From Armatimonadota bacterium (GTDB lineage: Bacteria > Sysuimicrobiota > Sysuimicrobiia > Sysuimicrobiales > Humicultoraceae): 12,653 bases of DNA. Under the pieces are notes generated by a model that saw only the letters and a list, made by a program, of their open reading frames with translations, had not been told where the DNA came from and searched no databases. Below are positions 8,219 through 12,653 of this stretch, in pieces (the stretch's first letter is position 1; the number at the start of each line of letters is the position of its first letter). Both the position numbers and the translations under genes were made by a program. The stretch spans positions 1-12,653 of the forward strand of contig JBQTJP010000101.1 of the NCBI GenBank assembly GCA_052386995.1. The letters run 5' to 3'.

Positions 8219-8447
8219 GACGCTCCATGATCATCACGACGTGGGATTTGTGCACCATCACGACGTTCGTCTCGTAGAGCAACCGGCCGTCCAGGCTGAA
8301 CACGCGGGCCGTGGTGATGGGCAGAAAATCCTTGGCCTGGTTCAGACGGTCGGAGATGCGGGCCGTCGACGGCAGATGCAGATCGCCCTCGACCCGATGA
8401 TGAGGCGTGAACATGATCACCTGCTCGCGGTCCATCTCGACCTTCAT
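8205..8447 (-). CDS. 80-aa conserved-looking hypothetical protein (resembles DUF6812-type proteins; possible Sm-like fold)
   Basis: MKVEMDREQVIMFTPHHRVEGDLHLPSTARISDRLNQAKDFLPITTARVFSLDGRLLYETNVVMVHKSHVVMIMERHETL. ATG 8447 overlaps the MerR stop (ATGA) and the end overlaps the pilB start by 14 bp. The track's longer start at 8642 overlaps the MerR gene and is unlikely. Family label is from recollection and was not searched. Confidence 0.75.
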   Translation of the reverse strand: MKVEMDREQVIMFTPHHRVEGDLHLPSTARISDRLNQAKDFLPITTARVFSLDGRLLYETNVVMVHKSHVVMIMERHETL

Positions 8448-8725
8448 CGCCCCGAGCCCCGTCCCTCCGCGGCCAGTGACGCGGTCCGGGGGGTCTCGAC
8501 GAGACGCTGGATGCCCTTCAGGCTCATCCCGCGGTCGACCATGGCCTTGACCCAGCGGATCCGCTCGACATCTTCTTCGCTGTAGAGGCGGTGACCGCCT
8601 CCGGTCCGGGCCGGCGAGAGCAGATGGTACTGGTCTTCCCATGCCCGGATGCGCCGCGGGTTGACGCTGGTCAGCTGTGCGACGGTGCGGATGGGATAGA
8701 TGGGCGCGCGCTTGTCAACAATCAT
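8444..8725 (-). CDS. MerR-family HTH regulator, DNA-binding domain only (CarA/MlrA/HspR-like)
   Basis: YPIRTVAQLTSVNPRRIRAWEDQYHLLSPARTGGGHRLYSEEDVERIRWVKAMVDRGMSLKGI is a MerR winged HTH; 93 aa with no effector domain; ATGA overlaps at both ends. Confidence 0.9.
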   Translation of the reverse strand: MIVDKRAPIYPIRTVAQLTSVNPRRIRAWEDQYHLLSPARTGGGHRLYSEEDVERIRWVKAMVDRGMSLKGIQRLVETPRTASLAAEGRGSGR

Positions 8726-10293
8726 CGGAGACCTCCAGTGACTCCCGTACGCTGCGCCGTTGCGTAGTCGCGGGTCGGTCCGAACCCGTGCTCGCGCAGG
8801 TAACTGTAAATCTCCTGCAACTTCGAGAAGCCATGGAAATCGGGTCGGTACTCCTGGTCCGTCTTGTAGTCCAGCTCGACGAGCTTGTTCAGCGTGACGA
8901 AGAACGCGTACTGGACGATGTTGGACGCCGCCTCCGGCGCGTCGCGATTCTTGTCGATGAACATGTTGACGATATCGACGCGCGGCAGCTCATTCGTGGC
9001 GATGCCTTCGGACTTCGCGCGGGTCTCGATCAACTGCCGGAGATCGTGCGTGGCCTTCCAGTCCTTCGCCAGCACCATGGCGACGTCGAGGTCATATTCC
9101 AGGTCGCCGGAGCCCATGCTGTGATGCATCGTCGGGCGGTTGAACGGGTTGAAGATCTCTGACTCCTCCACGGGCCGCTCGTCCAGGCGGCAGCCCTCTT
9201 TGTCCAGCGGGGAGATCGCGAAGATCGGACAATTCAACTCCAGGCTCATCTCCGCCAACGCCGTCGAGATCCGGTCGGTGCGGGCCTTCCAGTCATCAAC
9301 GTATTCGTTCGACGGGATCTTTTGGAGGTAGTCGAAGAAGATCACGATGTCTTGCGTTTGAAACTCCTGCATCAGGTTGTGTGCGTGCGCCCGGATCCGG
9401 TCGAGCGTCTCCTTCCGCCCGGCCTCGACAAGGTGCAGGTAGGGACCGTAGCGGGCCAGCGAATCCCTTGCCGCGGCCACCTGCGGAGCCACCGCGTTGC
9501 CGGACCCATCCCACCCACCGAGGATCGCGGTGGGATTGATGCCGGTTTCCTTGGCGATCAAGCGCGCCGCGAGCACGCGCCGGGTCTGCTCCCAGGTGTA
9601 GTACAGCACCGGGACCCGATGATTGGTGGCGACGTACGCGGCGAGATCGAGCGCAAAGTTCGTCTTACCACGGCGCGGGGCGCCGGCGAGCCCGTAGTAG
9701 AAGCCGCGCCGGAGTCCCGAGAGCAGCATGTTCAGGCGATCGAACGGGCTGATCGAGAAGCCGAGGATCCCGTCTGTCATCTCCTCGCGCCCGGGCGTGG
9801 CCAGGCCTCCGAACGCCTCCGAGATCGGCGAGACCTGGCGCCGCACGCGGCGGCGCTGGATCTCGAGCAGCTGATGGATCGCCTCGGTCGTGAACTGCAC
9901 GATGTCAGCCTGCTGCGTGTCGCCCCTGTAGAGGTAGCCGCCGATGTTCTCGTGCACCGACGAGAGCAGCTCGCGGCTCTCGTGCGCCTTCAAGACCTCG
10001 ACCTGGGCGAGGAGATCGCCGGCGTTCAGTGGGGGGATCTGTGCCACCGCCTCCAGGTACCGGTCGAGTTCCGGAGAGATCAGGTTGCGGTCGGCGAGCT
10101 CCGCCCGCACCGTGCTCTCTTCGACCACGGCGCCCGGAGAAGCATAGAGCTCGAGGATGACCTTGGCCAGGCGGCGCGCCTGCGGCGAGCGCAGCAGGTC
10201 CACGTGAAAGCCTTCGTTGACGGCGAGCATGGCGAGATGGCGGTCGCGCAGCAGTCCACTGAGCAGGCGAGTCTCGGTCTGATAGAGATCCAC
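8722..10293 (-). CDS. Atypical DnaB-like (SF4/RecA-fold) ATPase/helicase paralogue
   Basis: N-terminus resembles the DnaB N-domain. C-domain has H1 GAPRRGKT, H1a VLYYTWEQ, H2 IFFDYLQ, H3 ELNCPIFAISPL, H4 GSGDLEYDLDVAM and a KNR finger. GTG start with a GGAGG SD. Confidence 0.85.
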   Translation of the reverse strand: MDLYQTETRLLSGLLRDRHLAMLAVNEGFHVDLLRSPQARRLAKVILELYASPGAVVEESTVRAELADRNLISPELDRYLEAVAQIPPLNAGDLLAQVEVLKAHESRELLSSVHENIGGYLYRGDTQQADIVQFTTEAIHQLLEIQRRRVRRQVSPISEAFGGLATPGREEMTDGILGFSISPFDRLNMLLSGLRRGFYYGLAGAPRRGKTNFALDLAAYVATNHRVPVLYYTWEQTRRVLAARLIAKETGINPTAILGGWDGSGNAVAPQVAAARDSLARYGPYLHLVEAGRKETLDRIRAHAHNLMQEFQTQDIVIFFDYLQKIPSNEYVDDWKARTDRISTALAEMSLELNCPIFAISPLDKEGCRLDERPVEESEIFNPFNRPTMHHSMGSGDLEYDLDVAMVLAKDWKATHDLRQLIETRAKSEGIATNELPRVDIVNMFIDKNRDAPEAASNIVQYAFFVTLNKLVELDYKTDQEYRPDFHGFSKLQEIYSYLREHGFGPTRDYATAQRTGVTGGLR

Positions 10294-10418
10294 CGTGCGG
10301 TTCCCTCCGATGTCGCGCGGCCAGACCGCGTGTGGCGGCCTCGCGCCGGCAACGCGAGAGTGGTCGCGATGTGGATATGCGTGCCCTGAACCTCCCGTGA
10401 ATCTCTTCGGACCTTGGC

Positions 10419-10447
10419 TTGCGCCGTGCCCAACCTTGTGCTATTGT
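10419..10447 (+). promoter_or_regulatory. Candidate sigma70 promoter for the riboswitch-pilB2 transcript
   Basis: TTGCGC (10419-10424)-N17-TATTGT (10442-10447) with extended TG at 10439-10440; predicted start near 10454, upstream of the riboswitch. Confidence 0.55.
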
Positions 10448-10488
10448 GTTCGCAATCTTCGGCGGGCAAGTCGAAATATGCCCAGAAG

Positions 10489-10516
10489 ATTGTAGCACTA
10501 GTCTCGAACGGGCAAA
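10489..10516 (-). promoter_or_regulatory. Candidate extended -10 promoter for the DnaB-like-pilBTC operon
   Basis: Minus strand TGcTACAAT (10497-10489), with TTTGCC/TTGCCC 15-16 nt upstream; predicted start near 10482. Confidence 0.5.
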
Positions 10517-10584
10517 CCCGAAGCGATTCGGGGACGCAAAGCCGAGGGACCGGCTCCTATGCCGGTCGGCCGGGTTGCTACGAG
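10503..10584 (+). ncRNA. c-di-GMP-I (GEMM) riboswitch aptamer
   Basis: GGGCAAACC-CGAA-GCGA-TTCG-GGGACGCAAAGCC matches the GEMM P2 consensus with a GNRA tetraloop. P3 is AGCC/GGTT plus GACCGGC/GCCGGTC; P1 is CTCG/CGAG. Ligand-contact equivalents of Vc2 G20 (10511), A47 (10538) and C92 (10578) are present. Located in the 5' leader of a pilB. Confidence 0.92.
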
Positions 10585-10589
10585 AAGCG

Positions 10590-10620
10590 CGGCGGCCTAC
10601 TCGGGGCCGCCGTTGTGATT
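10590..10620 (+). terminator. Putative intrinsic terminator, riboswitch expression platform
   Basis: CGGCGGCC (10590-10597), 7-nt loop, GGCCGCCG (10605-10612), then TTGTGATT (imperfect U-tract), immediately after the aptamer. Confidence 0.6.
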
Positions 10621-10690
10621 CGTGGGGAAATTCGAGCGGTCTTGGGCATATCCTTAGAGATCGACACCAACGATCACAGCCGGGGCCATC

Positions 10691-12653
10691 ATGCCTTCTT
10701 CCGACCACCGAGACGGCGCGCTGCATACCCTCAAGAACGCCGTTGGCCTGCCCGATGACAGCCTGACCCTCGAGCGCGCCTTTCGCTTCGCCGACGCGCG
10801 CGCGGCGGTTCGGGCCGGGCGCATGACAGAGGCGCGCGACGCGTACCTCCACCTGGCCGAGCTGGACGGGGACGAGCCCTGGGTTCATTGGGACCTGGCG
10901 ACGATTTTCCGGGCCCTCGAACTGCGGGGCGAGGCCGGACTTGCGTACCTGACCGCGGCCGACAAACATCTTGCGCGCGGCGAGACCGACCAGGTCTTTC
11001 AGGCGTATCAGCAGGCGGCGGCGGTGTCCCCGAATGATCCTCAAGTTCAGGCGAAGCTGGCGGAGCCGCCCACGCGGCCTGCGCCGCCAAACGGCGGCGG
11101 GCCCGGCGTGGCGGTGCGACAGCCCCCCGTCGCGCCGCCCTCCCCTCCAAAGCGACGTGAAAAGCCACCGGTCGAGCCGGCGGCGCCGCCCGCCGACGCG
11201 GCTGGCGCCGCCGACGGCGCCCCGCCGCCGGCTCGACCACCGCGTGCACGGGCCGGAAGTGAGGCGCTGGGGACGATCCTCGTCAGCATGGGCATTGTGA
11301 CCGAAGGCCAGCTGGCCGCGGCGCTGGAAGTCCAGGGCCGTACCGGCGAGCGCCTCGGCCATATACTGCGCGACATGGGCGTGGTCTCCGACGTCGATCT
11401 CGCGCGCGGCATGGCGGAGCAGTGGGGCTATCCGTACATCACCGTGGGCGAGCGCCGCGTCGACGCCGAGGTCGCCAAACTCATCCCGCAGGCCCTGGCC
11501 CGCCGTCACAAGTGCATCGCGGTCGAGAAGCGCAACGGTCGCGTCCTGGTCGCCATCGCCGACCCGCTGAACGTCATCGCGCTGGACGACGTACGGCTGA
11601 TCACCGGCATGGAAGTCGACGTGGCGGTGTCCACCGAAGATGAGATCGCCACCGCGCTCGCGCGCAGCTACCAGATCACCGACACGGATTTGATGGAACG
11701 CGTGTTGCGGGAGTCTTCGCCGGAGTTCGGCGCGGAGCTCGGCAGCGAGGACGATCCCACGCTCGAGCAGCTGAAAGCCCTCGTTGAGGAAGCGCCCGTC
11801 GTCAAGCTCGTCAACCTGATCATCGATGAAGCGGTCAAGCAGAGCGCCAGCGACATCCATATCGAGCCGCAGCGCGGCCAGGTCTGGATCCGCTACCGGG
11901 TGGACGGCGTGCTGCGGGACGTCATGAACCCACCCAAGCATCTCAAAGCGGCTCTGGTCTCGCGCATGAAGATCATGGCCGACATGGATATCGCCGAGCG
12001 CCGCAAACCGCAGGACGGCCGCATCCATCTCGTCGCCGATGGCCACAACATCGACCTGCGAGTCTCGACGCTGCCGACGATGTTTGGCGAGAAAGTCGTC
12101 ATGCGCATTCTCGATCAGTCCTCGACGATGATCGGCCTGACCAAACTGGGATTCCCCAGCGACACCCTCCGCCAATGGGAGAACGCGGCCGCCAAGCCCT
12201 ACGGGTTTCTCCTTGTCACGGGTCCCACGGGAAGCGGGAAGACCACGACCCTCTACGGCACGCTGAGCAAGCTGAACACGATGGACAAGAACATCGTGAC
12301 CGTTGAGGATCCGGTGGAATACCAGATCCCCCGGATCAATCAGGTCCAGGTCAACGCGAAAGCCGGCCTCACGTTCGCCAACGGTCTGCGCAGCATCCTC
12401 CGGCAGGACCCGGACATAGTGCTCGTGGGCGAGATCCGCGACCAGGAGACGGGCCAGATCGCCATCCAGGCCTCGCTGACCGGCCATCTCGTCCTCTCCA
12501 CCCTGCACACCAACGACGCCGCCGGCGCGATCACCAGGTTGGTCGACATGGGGATCGAGCCCTTCCTGATCAGCTCATCGCTGATCGGGGTGCTGGCGCA
12601 GCGCCTGGCCCGCGTGATCTGCACCAAATGCAAGGTGGCCTACTCGCCTCCAC
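10691..12653 (+). CDS. pilB: Second PilB/GspE-family ATPase with TPR-like N-terminus, Pro-rich linker and degenerate MshEN (3' truncated by window)
   Basis: Hand translation from ATG 10691 (in-frame stop upstream at 10655), open to the window end: MPSSDHRDG...YQQAAAVSPNDPQVQAKL-(Pro-rich)-ALGTILVSMGIVTEGQLAAALEVQGRTGERLGHILRDMG...ASDIHIEP...GPTGSGKTT...LRQDPDIVLVGEIRD...TGHLVLSTLHTND...CTKC. Missing from the ORF track because it has no stop in the window. Confidence 0.94.
   Translation, partial: MPSSDHRDGALHTLKNAVGLPDDSLTLERAFRFADARAAVRAGRMTEARDAYLHLAELDGDEPWVHWDLATIFRALELRGEAGLAYLTAADKHLARGETDQVFQAYQQAAAVSPNDPQVQAKLAEPPTRPAPPNGGGPGVAVRQPPVAPPSPPKRREKPPVEPAAPPADAAGAADGAPPPARPPRARAGSEALGTILVSMGIVTEGQLAAALEVQGRTGERLGHILRDMGVVSDVDLARGMAEQWGYPYITVGERRVDAEVAKLIPQALARRHKCIAVEKRNGRVLVAIADPLNVIALDDVRLITGMEVDVAVSTEDEIATALARSYQITDTDLMERVLRESSPEFGAELGSEDDPTLEQLKALVEEAPVVKLVNLIIDEAVKQSASDIHIEPQRGQVWIRYRVDGVLRDVMNPPKHLKAALVSRMKIMADMDIAERRKPQDGRIHLVADGHNIDLRVSTLPTMFGEKVVMRILDQSSTMIGLTKLGFPSDTLRQWENAAAKPYGFLLVTGPTGSGKTTTLYGTLSKLNTMDKNIVTVEDPVEYQIPRINQVQVNAKAGLTFANGLRSILRQDPDIVLVGEIRDQETGQIAIQASLTGHLVLSTLHTNDAAGAITRLVDMGIEPFLISSSLIGVLAQRLARVICTKCKVAYSPP

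Noticed and set aside
8448..8642. N-terminal extension of the 145-aa ORF 8205-8642
   Set aside because: Overlaps the MerR gene out of frame and is low-complexity Arg/Pro/Gly; ATG 8447 with ATGA coupling is the better start.
8722..10293. Calling this the housekeeping dnaB or a prophage/plasmid helicase
   Set aside because: Key H3/H4 residues deviate, and no replication, primase, integrase or phage genes are adjacent in the window, so no gene symbol was assigned.
10503..10584. 3',3'-cGAMP-sensing GEMM-Ib variant
   Set aside because: The discriminator position equivalent to Vc2 G20 is G (10511), which favours c-di-GMP; only a binding assay could exclude it fully.
11066..11250. GC-rich CCG/GCC repetitive stretch as a DNA repeat or CRISPR-like array
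   Set aside because: Explained by Pro/Ala codons of the PilB2 linker; I saw no regular repeat-spacer structure anywhere in the window.
9905..12508. 867-aa minus-strand ORF
   Set aside because: Antisense shadow of the plus-strand pilB2, typical of high-GC codon bias. It also runs through the riboswitch and into the DnaB-like gene, and has no recognisable motifs.

Overview
High-GC bacterial type IV pilus (T4aP) locus. On the minus strand, a tightly coupled operon runs: full-length but atypical DnaB-like ATPase (8722-10293) > stand-alone MerR-type HTH (8444-8725) > 80-aa beta-rich protein (8205-8447) > PilB with an intact MshEN domain > PilT > PilC. Further left are two paralogous type IV pilins, a GT-C (PMT/ArnT-like) glycosyltransferase, and a divergent O-antigen-ligase-like (Wzy_C) protein. 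On the plus strand, a second PilB paralogue absent from the ORF track starts at 10691 and runs off the window; it has a TPR-like N-terminus, a Pro-rich linker and a degenerate MshEN. Its leader holds a clear c-di-GMP-I (GEMM) riboswitch and a terminator-like hairpin, and the two transcription units appear to have face-to-face promoters around a dyad. The most novel-looking element is the DnaB-like/MerR/small-protein module coupled to pilBTC, alongside a possible c-di-GMP switch between two extension motors. All assignments come from reading motifs by eye; no searches were run.
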